Shown: piece by piece, positions 38,254-46,879 of the stretch | Position numbering within the stretch: the stretch's first letter is position 1 | Layout of the letters: each line of letters begins with the position of its first letter | Origin: Faecalibacterium sp. CAG:74 | Lineage (GTDB): Archaea; Thermoplasmatota; Thermoplasmata; Methanomassiliicoccales; Methanomethylophilaceae | Assembly: GCA_963635855.1 (NCBI GenBank) | Contig: CAVHHN010000001.1 | Span: forward strand, 1,820 to 65,819 | DNA length: 64,000 bases | Direction of reading: 5' to 3' | Position numbers and translations under genes: made by a program | The notes under the pieces: generated by a model | Told to the model about the DNA's origin: nothing | Seen by the model: only the letters and a program-made list of their open reading frames with translations | Databases searched by the model: none

Positions 38254-39300
38254 ATGTCCAAAGTCATCATGAACGACGGTGCTGGTGGAGATATCATGCA
38301 GGAATTCATCTCCAAACATATCACCGGCCATTTTCCCAAAATGAAAACAGAGGTACCACTTGACGCATTAGATGATTCCGCGGTCGTCGATGATATCGTC
38401 TTCACTATTGATGGACATACTGTCAATCCGTTGTTCTTCCCTGGTGGAGACATTGGGAGGATTGCAGTATCTGGAACAGTTAATGACATTTCGGTCATGG
38501 GGGCCAAACCCGTCGGACTCGGAAGCTCTGTCATCTTAGAAGAAGGGCTCGACTCAGATATCGTTGACAAGGTCATGGAAAGTATGGGTAAGACCTCACT
38601 CGAATGTGGCGTCCCCGTTGTCACAGGTGATACAAAGGTCATGGGTGCGGGTGAACTTGATAAGATGATCGTGACCACTTCTGCGATCGGGATCAGGCCG
38701 GACTACCTCGACCATGATATGGAAGTGGCGAACGGATATCGCAAGGTCGAAAGCCGCTGGTGCGCAGACTCCAATACCCGGCCCGGAGATGCGATTATAG
38801 CATCTGGGTATATGGGAGACCATGGTATCGCATTATTGTCATTCCGGGAAGGATATGGTTTTGAATCCAATGTGAGATCAGATGTGCAGCCACTCAACAA
38901 AATGATCGAAAAAGCTCTTCGCGTCGGAGGTATCGTTGCAATGAAAGATCCAACAAGAGGTGGGATCGCCAATACCCTGAACGAATGGGCTGAAAAATCA
39001 AAGTGTCAGCTCGATATCAATGAGGAAGATATACCGATCAGGGACGGAGTCGAGAACGCCTGCGAACTTCTCGGTATCGAACCGCTCAACATCGGGAACG
39101 AAGGAAAATGTATTATCTCCGTCGTCCCTGAAATGGCGGAAGAGGTCCTCAAAACCCTCAGATCCACTCCTGAAGGAAAGGATGCAGCAATCATTGGAAG
39201 GGCCGTGGACGGACCATCTCGTGTGGTTCTCAGAACAGAGGTTGGGGGAAAAAGGATCCTTGAACCCCCATCTGGTGATCCGGTTCCACGCATCTGTTGA
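38254..39300 (+). CDS. hypE: Hydrogenase maturation carbamoyl dehydratase HypE
   Basis: PurM-like fold pattern and the diagnostic C-terminal PRIC. The start was trimmed to ATG 38254 (MSKVIMNDGAGG). Confidence 0.88.
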   Translation: MSKVIMNDGAGGDIMQEFISKHITGHFPKMKTEVPLDALDDSAVVDDIVFTIDGHTVNPLFFPGGDIGRIAVSGTVNDISVMGAKPVGLGSSVILEEGLDSDIVDKVMESMGKTSLECGVPVVTGDTKVMGAGELDKMIVTTSAIGIRPDYLDHDMEVANGYRKVESRWCADSNTRPGDAIIASGYMGDHGIALLSFREGYGFESNVRSDVQPLNKMIEKALRVGGIVAMKDPTRGGIANTLNEWAEKSKCQLDINEEDIPIRDGVENACELLGIEPLNIGNEGKCIISVVPEMAEEVLKTLRSTPEGKDAAIIGRAVDGPSRVVLRTEVGGKRILEPPSGDPVPRIC

Positions 39301-39309
39301 AACCTTTTC

Positions 39310-39332
39310 CCGGGAATTTCCCGGCATTTTTT
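39310..39332 (+). terminator. Short hairpin plus T6 tract after hypE
   Basis: CCGGG-AATTT-CCCGG followed by CATTTTTT. Confidence 0.45.
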
Positions 39333-39639
39333 GAATTTACGTACCAAATGATTTACCAAGGTAATATAGATCGTTTTGCATCATTCGAATTTCGAAAAAA
39401 ATAGGTATATATACATTAATTTGGATATCTATCTGCGGAGACGCAAATATAAGCAAAGAAATATGCTGGAACACTGCGAGAGATCGTGGATGTTTCAGGA
39501 TTGTCAGTAAAATGACGCTTACCTTTGAATGCGTTTCTGTTCATTAAGATCTCAAATAGCACGTTTGAGATTTTGGTCGCAACAAACCCCTTTCGGCCTA
39601 ATTCGTTTATTACCCGGGGGCCCAAAGCCCCCACATCTT

Positions 39640-39655
39640 CCTTTCTTCTTACCTA
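39640..39655 (+). repeat. Left copy of the direct repeat abutting MITE-like copy L
   Basis: CCTTTCTT(CTT)ACCTA lies 1 nt outside the element end and matches 42162-42174 in the same orientation. Confidence 0.5.
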
Positions 39656-39656
39656 G

Positions 39657-39880
39657 TCCCATTGAAATCATGCCGTCAACACCTGATTTAATTTCAACCT
39701 GATTGAATTCGAAACATTGAACACTGTCACAGTAAACAGGGCACATATCTTCTGTTGTTGTCTAACCTTTCCCTGATTTGTAACTGTTCGGAGTCCCCTC
39801 AAGGATCCAAAATAATGTAATTTGAAAAATGAAAAGAGTGACGACAAGATCAGTTATTGAGAAATGATTTCAATGGGTCG
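39657..39880. mobile_element. MITE-like repeat, copy L (about 224 bp, 14-bp terminal inverted repeats)
   Basis: Ends CCCATTGAAATCAT ... ATGATTTCAATGGG. It aligns along its whole length with the reverse complement of 41937-42160, including a 46-nt perfect core at 39756-39801. It contains no ORF. Confidence 0.6.
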
Positions 39881-40012
39881 GGCACCATAGCATCGGTGAA
39901 TTAGTATAATGAACGTTAATTATTGAGAGAATTACTACAATTGTTGGATACTATGTAGTTATCTTTTTATTTAATAACTTGGTTTTGGATTTATCATCCA
40001 AAGGTTGATAAA

Positions 40013-41872
40013 ATGAATTTGAAAAACAAAAGCGGCATGATTGCCCCCCCCCTGATCTGCCTGATGCTTATCGTTACGGCATTCACAATGGTCGTCAGCG
40101 ATAAGGCAGAAGGTTCGGTAGGTGGCGAACTAAACGACAGTTCAGGTTACTACTATAGCGGTGCGATGATGGAATCCTTATCGAATTCCAGAGGCATCAG
40201 TAGCGATAACTACAAAGTAAATTGGTCCCTGGAAAATTCTATAGGATATGCAATATCCGGTAACTATGCATATGTTGTTACCAGCGACGGCAAGCTCAAC
40301 AAAGTAAGTCTTGATGATGGTACAATCATCAAATCTGTCGAGAGAGGCTCTACCTCCAGTGCTTGGCCTGCAGTGAACGATGAGTTGGTCTTAGATCCAA
40401 TAACTGGTAATGTCTATGATCTCGATCTCAATCAAAAATACCAGATTAATGCTACTTGCGAGTATGGATATTATAATGATGGGCACTGGTATGTTGTTCA
40501 GAGGGACAAAACTTGTAAATGTTTCACAGTCGAGGATGAAGATACTGCTGATGCAAAGAATGTTCAGCAGCCTGTATGGTCCACTACATTTACATTCTTC
40601 ATCGATGCAAATACGATGGCTCTGTCCATTGCTTTTGGTGAAACAACATTATACTACCCAGGAATCGGTGCAAGCGATCAGAATCAGCGCATCATCTACT
40701 GTGTCGACAAATCCACCGGTGAACAGTTGGATACTTTTGAAATGACCGAGATCAGATCCACCTACTGGAACTCTGGATTCATTTCTTATTATGATGGTAC
40801 AGTTTATGTTTCTGCTCATTGGGACACTATGTTCTGGCCTATTGGAGACGGAACCAAGCCTGTATTTGTTCAGATACAGACCAACAGTGACGGTAAATTC
40901 GATCCCAGCACTGTGAAATATACATGCAGTGGTATCGACAATTCATATTCGTCAGCAGTAGTGAAGGTCGGAAACCTTGGATTTGTCCATACTGGAAGCA
41001 ACTTTATCGTTTTTGATCTGAATGATAATATGAAGATTCTTGCTCAGACCCCTGCCGATAAAAAGCTCGCCAAGATCTACAGCAATATCGCGATTGCCTA
41101 CGGAAGCAATGATCTGGTCTATGGGTATGCGATTCCATCAGGTGTACCAACAACTCTTGCAGATGCGGCTGATGGAATTGTTGGTTTTGAATACAGAATA
41201 TCCACAAATGAAATCAAAGCCTTTGAACTCAATGTGGGTGAAACCAAAACTAACACCGCTAACACTATAAAGATCGGTCCAAATGGGGAACTTCTTTTTG
41301 CAAAGAACAACTCAGTTCTTTATTGTATCACACAAGATGTTAAGTCGTACTATGTGAATTTTGATGCTAACGGAGGAAGTGGTGATATGGCCAGAGGCGA
41401 TGTTTCCGGCACGTACACTTTGCCTGCATGTACCTTCACTGCCCCCGAAGGTAAGAAGTTCTTGGGTTGGGCTTATTCTCCGACAGGGGAAGTTATCTCT
41501 GGTACCACCATCAATGTGACCGCTGATGTGACCTTGTATGCCATATGGGGCGATTCCAGTTATTCAATCAGTTTCAATGCCAATGGCGGCTCTGGAACCA
41601 TGGCTAACGTGTCGGTCCTCCCCGGTACCTACTCTTTGCCTGCATGTTCGTTCACTGCCCCTGATGGTAAGAAATTCTTGGGTTGGGCTTATTCTTCGAA
41701 CGGTCCTGTGATATCTGGTACCACCATCAATGTGACATCCGATGTGACCTTGTATGCCATATGGGAAGACAACCACCCTTCGTCATCAAATACGGTTACC
41801 ATAATAATTTGTGCAGTTGTGGTGCTGGCAATTGTTGGTGCTGCATTCCTTATATACAAACACAGACCTTGA
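40013..41872 (+). CDS. Secreted surface protein: N-terminal signal/TM, beta-rich (propeller-like) region, two Listeria/Bacteroides-type repeats, C-terminal TM anchor
   Basis: 619 aa. Two 71-aa repeats of the form F.ANGGSG.M......GTY.LP.C.FTAP.GKKFLGWAYS..G.VISGTTINVT.DVTLYAIW. The C-terminus is VTIIICAVVVLAIVGAAFLIYKHRP. Confidence 0.7.
   Translation: MNLKNKSGMIAPPLICLMLIVTAFTMVVSDKAEGSVGGELNDSSGYYYSGAMMESLSNSRGISSDNYKVNWSLENSIGYAISGNYAYVVTSDGKLNKVSLDDGTIIKSVERGSTSSAWPAVNDELVLDPITGNVYDLDLNQKYQINATCEYGYYNDGHWYVVQRDKTCKCFTVEDEDTADAKNVQQPVWSTTFTFFIDANTMALSIAFGETTLYYPGIGASDQNQRIIYCVDKSTGEQLDTFEMTEIRSTYWNSGFISYYDGTVYVSAHWDTMFWPIGDGTKPVFVQIQTNSDGKFDPSTVKYTCSGIDNSYSSAVVKVGNLGFVHTGSNFIVFDLNDNMKILAQTPADKKLAKIYSNIAIAYGSNDLVYGYAIPSGVPTTLADAADGIVGFEYRISTNEIKAFELNVGETKTNTANTIKIGPNGELLFAKNNSVLYCITQDVKSYYVNFDANGGSGDMARGDVSGTYTLPACTFTAPEGKKFLGWAYSPTGEVISGTTINVTADVTLYAIWGDSSYSISFNANGGSGTMANVSVLPGTYSLPACSFTAPDGKKFLGWAYSSNGPVISGTTINVTSDVTLYAIWEDNHPSSSNTVTIIICAVVVLAIVGAAFLIYKHRP
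41348..41773 (+). repeat. Tandem 213-nt coding repeat (2 copies)
   Basis: Copies at 41348-41560 and 41561-41773 are in frame. Their 3' halves are nearly identical at the DNA level. Confidence 0.85.
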
Positions 41873-41893
41873 TCCGGTTTTACTAAACTTCTC

Positions 41894-41907
41894 CCCCCTT
41901 CTGGGGG
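41894..41907 (+). terminator. GC hairpin after the surface-protein gene
   Basis: CCCCC-TTCT-GGGGG lies 22 nt after the stop. Confidence 0.4.
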
Positions 41908-41936
41908 ACCCTATATATTATAAAGTTTTGAAAACC

Positions 41937-42160
41937 GGCCCCATTGAAACCAGGTCTCAATGACTGATCATAGGGTCGGTCTTTTCATTTTTCAAATTAG
42001 ATCATTTTGAATCCCCTGAGGGGACTCCGAACAGTTACAAATCAGGGAAAGGTTAGACAACAGCAAAAGAAACGTGCACTGTTTACTGTGGTAGCGTTCA
42101 ACGTTGCGAATTCGATCAGATCGAAATAGGGTTGGGTGTTGACAGCATGATTTCGATGGA
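41937..42160. mobile_element. MITE-like repeat, copy R (inverted relative to copy L)
   Basis: Its reverse complement aligns with 39657-39880, with a 46-nt perfect core at 42017-42062. The ends are CCATTGAAACCA ... TGATTTCGATGG. Confidence 0.6.
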
Positions 42161-42161
42161 A

Positions 42162-42174
42162 CCTTTCTTACCTA
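42162..42174 (+). repeat. Right copy of the direct repeat abutting MITE-like copy R
   Basis: CCTTTCTTACCTA lies 1 nt outside the element end and is in direct orientation with 39640-39655. Confidence 0.5.
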
Positions 42175-42179
42175 TAAGG

Positions 42180-42186
42180 TTTATAA
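42180..42186 (+). promoter_or_regulatory. TATA box candidate for the DUF1015 gene (leaderless or short leader)
   Basis: TTTATAA is centred 31 nt upstream of ATG 42214. Confidence 0.4.
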
Positions 42187-42213
42187 CGTGAGTGTAATCC
42201 TCAACCAGATACT

Positions 42214-43404
42214 ATGGTCACATTCCGCCCATTCAAAGGATACAGGCCCAGACTCCAAGCTGGTGAAAAAATAGATGCTCGCATCTCCCCCCCTTATGAT
42301 GTTATCGGAGAAGAGTACCTTAAGCAACTCCAATCCAATGAATTCAATGTAACCAACCTGACCCTTTCTCCAGACGCGGACAAGAGATATACTCACTCAA
42401 GAAAACTCTTGGACAAGATGATAGAAGAAAATTTACTGATGCCTGACGAACCTTCGTTCTATCTCTATGATCAAAAGTTCACCTCTGATGGAAAGGAATA
42501 TTCAAGAAGAGGACTGGTAGGGATCTTGAAGACCGAAGACTACAGCGAAGGCCACATCATCCCGCACGAAGAGACCTTTTCCAAAGTAAAAGCAGACCGG
42601 CTCAACCTCCTCAGGGACATGGAGACCCACCTCGAATCCATCTTCGGCATCTATCCAGGGCTCGGAGAGGAACTGGATAAGAAGGTCGATAACGAAGCTA
42701 GACTATGCTACAGATATGTCGACAGCGATGGTGTCGAACACAGGTATAGCCGGATCTCTGACCCTGCACTCTGCGAAGCGATCTCAGAGAAACTTAAAGA
42801 TCAGAACATGCTCATCGCAGATGGTCACCACAGGTATGAGACCGCTCTTAACTATGCCAAGGAAAATCCCGATAATGAGGCGAAACAGCACGTCCTGTGC
42901 ACAATGGTCGCCTCTACTGACACCGGACTTGTGATCTGGCCTACCCACAGATTGATCGATGCTGAAGACATCGGGGAGACCAGTGCTATCAAGAAAATCG
43001 AGAAGAATATGGTCACTCAAGAGGTTTCTGAGGAACAGATGGAAGCTGAGCTCGGGAAGCACCTGTTCGGTATGATGTTCAAATCAGGTCGGTGTTTCCT
43101 CATTGACAACCCCCAGGAGCAGGATGATGTCATGTACCAGCTTGACACCTATTCCGCCCAGCAGAACATTCTCTACGGCATATACAAATCCGATGAAGGT
43201 AAATCCAAAGTATCTTACGATGCAGAACTGCCATCGGTCAAAAAGGCCATGGAAGAAAAGAAACATGATGCTGCGATCATACTCAACACCCCCAGCCTCA
43301 AAACTATCTGGGACCTGGCGGCCATTGGAAAGAGAATGCCCAAGAAGACCACCTATTTCTTCCCCAAGATCTGGTCTGGCTGGGTCTTCTACAAAATGAA
43401 CTGA
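42214..43404 (+). CDS. DUF1015-family protein
   Basis: The N-terminus FRPFKGYRP.......ISPPYDVI and the later ADGHHRYETAL match the DUF1015 pattern as I recall it. Confidence 0.65.
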   Translation: MVTFRPFKGYRPRLQAGEKIDARISPPYDVIGEEYLKQLQSNEFNVTNLTLSPDADKRYTHSRKLLDKMIEENLLMPDEPSFYLYDQKFTSDGKEYSRRGLVGILKTEDYSEGHIIPHEETFSKVKADRLNLLRDMETHLESIFGIYPGLGEELDKKVDNEARLCYRYVDSDGVEHRYSRISDPALCEAISEKLKDQNMLIADGHHRYETALNYAKENPDNEAKQHVLCTMVASTDTGLVIWPTHRLIDAEDIGETSAIKKIEKNMVTQEVSEEQMEAELGKHLFGMMFKSGRCFLIDNPQEQDDVMYQLDTYSAQQNILYGIYKSDEGKSKVSYDAELPSVKKAMEEKKHDAAIILNTPSLKTIWDLAAIGKRMPKKTTYFFPKIWSGWVFYKMN

Positions 43405-43511
43405 TCTTCCCAAACTTATTGGGTTCTGGGCCGATCAATAGGTCCAACTCCCCAATTTCTACTGCAAATAGCCACCCAAATCTTGTTGAACAAATGAGTA
43501 GAGTTGAAAAA

Positions 43512-43586
43512 TGGAGCCACAGGAGGGAATTGAACCCTCGGCCTACGCCTTACCAAGGCGTCGCTATACCCCTTAGCCACTGCGGC
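43512..43586 (-). tRNA. tRNA-Thr (anticodon GGT) with encoded CCA
   Basis: The reverse complement folds with acceptor GCCGCAG/CTGTGGC, anticodon stem ACGCC/GGCGT with loop TTGGTAA, T-loop GTTCAATTC, and T-CCA. Confidence 0.82.
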
Positions 43587-43727
43587 AGTAAAGTCGCATA
43601 ATGATAGACTCTACATAAACCTTTCTAGATTCCTGGCACCAATAGAATACAAGATGTGATTGTTCCAGCCATAAAACCACTCATACGAAACAGTACTTAT
43701 TTGAAAATGCAACCTATCTCCCCGGAC

Positions 43728-45680
43728 ATGAAGAAGGAAATGAGCTCATTCGATGTCAGCTCACTGGTCGGAGAGATGGCCATCCTCGAAGATGCACACC
43801 TCGATAAAACATACCAATGGGAAGACAATGTCCTTTTCCGTATCAATTCAAAGAACAACGGTAAGATCGACCTTTTCTTCAAGAATAAGAAATGGCTTTA
43901 TCTTTCCCCAGATAGGCCGGACACACCCACTACTCCCACTTCCTTCGCAACATTCATGAGAAAATATCTCACAAATGCCAGGATCGGAAAGACCACACAG
44001 ATGGGCTTTGACCGTGTGGTCGTGATCGAGGTTTTCAAATCGGAAGCTGATTACAAATTGATCTTCGAGATGTTCGGTGGAGGAAACGTCCTTCTCGTTC
44101 AGGACGGAAAGATCGTGAATTGTCTGACCCAAAGGACCTTCAGGGACAGAGTCACACGTCCCGGAGAAGATTATGTTCTCCCCAAGGAGAGGTTCGATCC
44201 GTTCACCTCAACGGAAGATGCGTTCTCGAATACCTTCCGGACGTCCGAATCGGATACCGTCCGTACCTTGGCGACAGTTACCAACCTCGGTGGACAGTAC
44301 GCTGAAGAGGTCTGCAAAAGATCTGGTTGCCCCAAGGACCTCCCTGCAACAGAAGTTTCGGATGCCGATCTTGCGAAGATGTACAGTGTTGTAGGAGACA
44401 TCGTCAACCAGATCCGTACCGATCCCAGAACTATGATCTTCCGTAAAGAAGGAAAAATCGTCGATCTGGCTCCGGTAGATCTTCAGATCTATGAAGACTG
44501 TGAAAAGGAACCTGCAGACACTATATCTATCGCCATCGGAAAATATATGGCGGAACTTGCGACCGCAGAGAAAAAAGAATTCAAAGATCCTGAGATTGAA
44601 AAACTGAAGAAACGTATAGAACGCCAGACCGAGACCGTTCAGAACTATCGGCAGTCTGCTGAACGGCTGAAGGCTCAGGCAGATATGCTTTATACAGAAT
44701 ACCAAAAGGTCACACAGCTCCTTGCAGTTCTCAACGAACAAAGCAAGAAACTTTCTTGGGAAAAACTAACCGAAGGTGCATTGAAGATCCCTTACGTCGA
44801 CTATATCGATCCAAGTAAACAGATAGTTGCTGTAAATCTGGGCATCCTTAGCGTGGAACTTGACTATACCAAAGGGTTGGAGACCAATGCATCTGATATT
44901 TATGCAAAAGGTAAAAATGAATCGACCAAAGCTGACAATGCAGAGAAAGCACTGGATGACAGCAAAGCCGAACTTGAGAAAAAGCAAAAAGGATTTGACA
45001 AAAAGGTAGCATTGGAACTTTCAAAGGCCAAACCGACCAAAAGGTTTTGGTTTGAGACATTCAAATGGTTTATCACATCTGAAGGTAAACTTGTCATTGC
45101 TGGAAGGGATGTACGTTCAAATGATGCCATCGTGAAAAAACACCTGAAAGATCCAGATGTCTATGTCCATGCCGACATACACGGAGCCCCATCTGTGATC
45201 CTAAAAGACGGCTCCAAAGCATCCGACCAAGAACTGCGTGAAGCATGCGATTTTGCCCTTGCACAATCAAAAGCGTGGATGGCAGGTTCGAGAGAGGGTG
45301 GCGCATTCTGGGCATATCCCGACCAGGTCAGCAAAACACCGAACTCTGGAGAATTCGTACCAAAAGGTGCATTCATCATCCGGGGTAAGAGAAATTGGAT
45401 CTATCACCTTCCTTTAGAACTCGCTTTAGGGGAAATACAATATGAAGGTTCAAGAAAAATCATGTGTGCACCCACCGAGGTCATCGAAAAGGTAAGTGAG
45501 AAATATTTCGTGATCCAGCCTTCGAAAGAGAAAAACGGCACCATTGCTGGTCGGATGGCCAAAGAATTCGATGTACCGGAAGAAGAGATCTCAAGGATAA
45601 TCCCGCCAGGGTCCATCGCAATATCTTCTACTGTTTGGCCTAAAGAAGAATCTGAAGAGACAGAAGTTCCCAGCGAATGA
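43728..45680 (+). CDS. NFACT-family protein (Rqc2/FbpA homolog, ribosome quality control)
   Basis: NFACT-N-like N-terminus, a long central coiled coil, and an NFACT-R/DUF814 region (DVYVHADIHGAPSVILK). The start is uncertain: 43707, 43728 or 43740. The ORF-track GTG at 43656 is unlikely. Confidence 0.8.
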   Translation: MKKEMSSFDVSSLVGEMAILEDAHLDKTYQWEDNVLFRINSKNNGKIDLFFKNKKWLYLSPDRPDTPTTPTSFATFMRKYLTNARIGKTTQMGFDRVVVIEVFKSEADYKLIFEMFGGGNVLLVQDGKIVNCLTQRTFRDRVTRPGEDYVLPKERFDPFTSTEDAFSNTFRTSESDTVRTLATVTNLGGQYAEEVCKRSGCPKDLPATEVSDADLAKMYSVVGDIVNQIRTDPRTMIFRKEGKIVDLAPVDLQIYEDCEKEPADTISIAIGKYMAELATAEKKEFKDPEIEKLKKRIERQTETVQNYRQSAERLKAQADMLYTEYQKVTQLLAVLNEQSKKLSWEKLTEGALKIPYVDYIDPSKQIVAVNLGILSVELDYTKGLETNASDIYAKGKNESTKADNAEKALDDSKAELEKKQKGFDKKVALELSKAKPTKRFWFETFKWFITSEGKLVIAGRDVRSNDAIVKKHLKDPDVYVHADIHGAPSVILKDGSKASDQELREACDFALAQSKAWMAGSREGGAFWAYPDQVSKTPNSGEFVPKGAFIIRGKRNWIYHLPLELALGEIQYEGSRKIMCAPTEVIEKVSEKYFVIQPSKEKNGTIAGRMAKEFDVPEEEISRIIPPGSIAISSTVWPKEESEETEVPSE

Positions 45681-45806
45681 CAAAGATCAATATTCGCCCC
45701 CGACATAGACATGGTTTCAAACCTGCCTTTGAGACAATAGCATCATCTTAAAGGGGGTTAAAACCCTGAATTCAACCTTCCTGATAAAAACAAATCGGGA
45801 AGTGGA

Positions 45807-45883
45807 TGGCGGGCTTGCCGCGATTCGAACGCGGGTCTGGGGCTCCGCAAGCCCTCAGGATATCCAAGCTACCCCACAAGCCC
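45807..45883 (-). tRNA. tRNA-Arg (anticodon GCG) with encoded CCA
   Basis: The reverse complement folds with acceptor GGGCTTG/CAAGCCC, anticodon loop TTGCGGA, T-loop GTTCGAATC, and G-CCA. Confidence 0.8.
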
Positions 45884-45927
45884 AATTAAATGCGGATCTT
45901 ATTCAAGATAAGTAAGAGGTTTTACCT

Positions 45928-46119
45928 TCATGCCTCAGGGTGAGACAGGTAACGAGTGATGTATCCCGCGATCTTGTTCCTCATGGGCACGGTCTTGACA
46001 TCGGTCAGCTGAGCGACCATTTCTTTGTTGTTGTCAAAATCCTTGCTGAATGCCTGAGGATATTTGTTGATGAGTTCGATGGATACTCTCTTGATGTAGG
46101 TGGGTCTTATTCTTCCCAT
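45928..46119 (-). CDS. rps17e: 30S ribosomal protein S17e
   Basis: The 63-aa product starts MGRIRPTYIKR, which is characteristic of eS17. The 141-aa ORF-track version is an artefactual upstream extension. Confidence 0.88.
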   Translation of the reverse strand: MGRIRPTYIKRVSIELINKYPQAFSKDFDNNKEMVAQLTDVKTVPMRNKIAGYITRYLSHPEA

Positions 46120-46168
46120 ATCGTTCACCGAGTTATGAGTTGTGTGATAGGTATTCGCTATATAAACA

Positions 46169-46879
46169 TTAGTTATGAGGCTGTTCTCCCATAGATAGGA
46201 ATTCGGCCCTACGCGAATGACCGCATGACTTCTCCCCTTCCGGGCACGGTCCAGCGACACAGGATGGTCCAGCATAGGCAAATATGGCAGGAGATACAGA
46301 CTTGCACAACTTGAGCATCTCATCAGCAAGATCGCGGATCTCCTTCTGAGCACGGGTGCAGCACCTCAATTTGAAGAAATGAATCAATTCTCTGGCATTC
46401 ATGGTCACAGTGATGTTGGTGGTACATGCGTTCGGAAGAACATACCTTGCATCTTCTTTGTCAATACCCAGATTCTCCAGCTCGTTGTAGGTCTTCCAAA
46501 TGTCCGCCATGAGTTTGTCGTACAATGCTTTGGCCTCGGGGTTTCCGGCAATGGTATCTGGAACCACATAATCCGGTTCGTTGAGAGACACATATCTTTG
46601 ACTCTGCTGAGAAAACGAGGCCACCCTGTGTCTGACCAACTGATGGGTAAGGGAACGGGAAACACCTTCTATGGAGAATGTGAAGACGGCATGTTCTATG
46701 ACCGAATGATGTCCCATCGAGACGATATGGCTGAGTGTGGTTGCAGGATCTTTCAATTTATCTGCCATGATCGCAGAAGAATTCTCAGAATAACAGGAAC
46801 GGGCAGCAGCTGCGCAGACCCGGTCCGCATCAGGGGTATAAGCAAGTAATTTGACTATCAATGTTCGGGAGCCTCCCAA
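46169..46879 (-). CDS. thyX: FAD-dependent thymidylate synthase ThyX
   Basis: ThyX signature RHRVASFSQQSQRY. Overlaps the upstream TraB-family gene by 22 nt. Confidence 0.9.
   Translation of the reverse strand: MGGSRTLIVKLLAYTPDADRVCAAAARSCYSENSSAIMADKLKDPATTLSHIVSMGHHSVIEHAVFTFSIEGVSRSLTHQLVRHRVASFSQQSQRYVSLNEPDYVVPDTIAGNPEAKALYDKLMADIWKTYNELENLGIDKEDARYVLPNACTTNITVTMNARELIHFFKLRCCTRAQKEIRDLADEMLKLCKSVSPAIFAYAGPSCVAGPCPEGEKSCGHSRRAEFLSMGEQPHN

Noticed and set aside
38226-38678. 150-aa minus-strand ORF opposite hypE
   Set aside because: The plus frame ends in the diagnostic HypE PRIC motif. The minus ORF is S/T/P-rich shadow sequence.
39416-39634. 72-aa minus-strand ORF, and the 39552-39746 ORF, in the hypE-MITE spacer
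   Set aside because: They have no RBS or promoter context and no motif, and they overlap hairpins and the repeat element. They are more likely non-coding.
39333-39656. Possible SRP RNA or RNase P RNA in the structured spacer
   Set aside because: I could not find the conserved SRP (GGAAGGGAGCA-like) or RNase P (GAGGAAAGTCC-like) motifs, so it is kept only as a generic small-RNA candidate.
41348-41773. Tandem repeats considered as a possible CRISPR or minisatellite array
   Set aside because: There are only two copies, both in frame, encoding a known protein repeat type, with no spacer-repeat periodicity. No CRISPR array is seen anywhere in the window.
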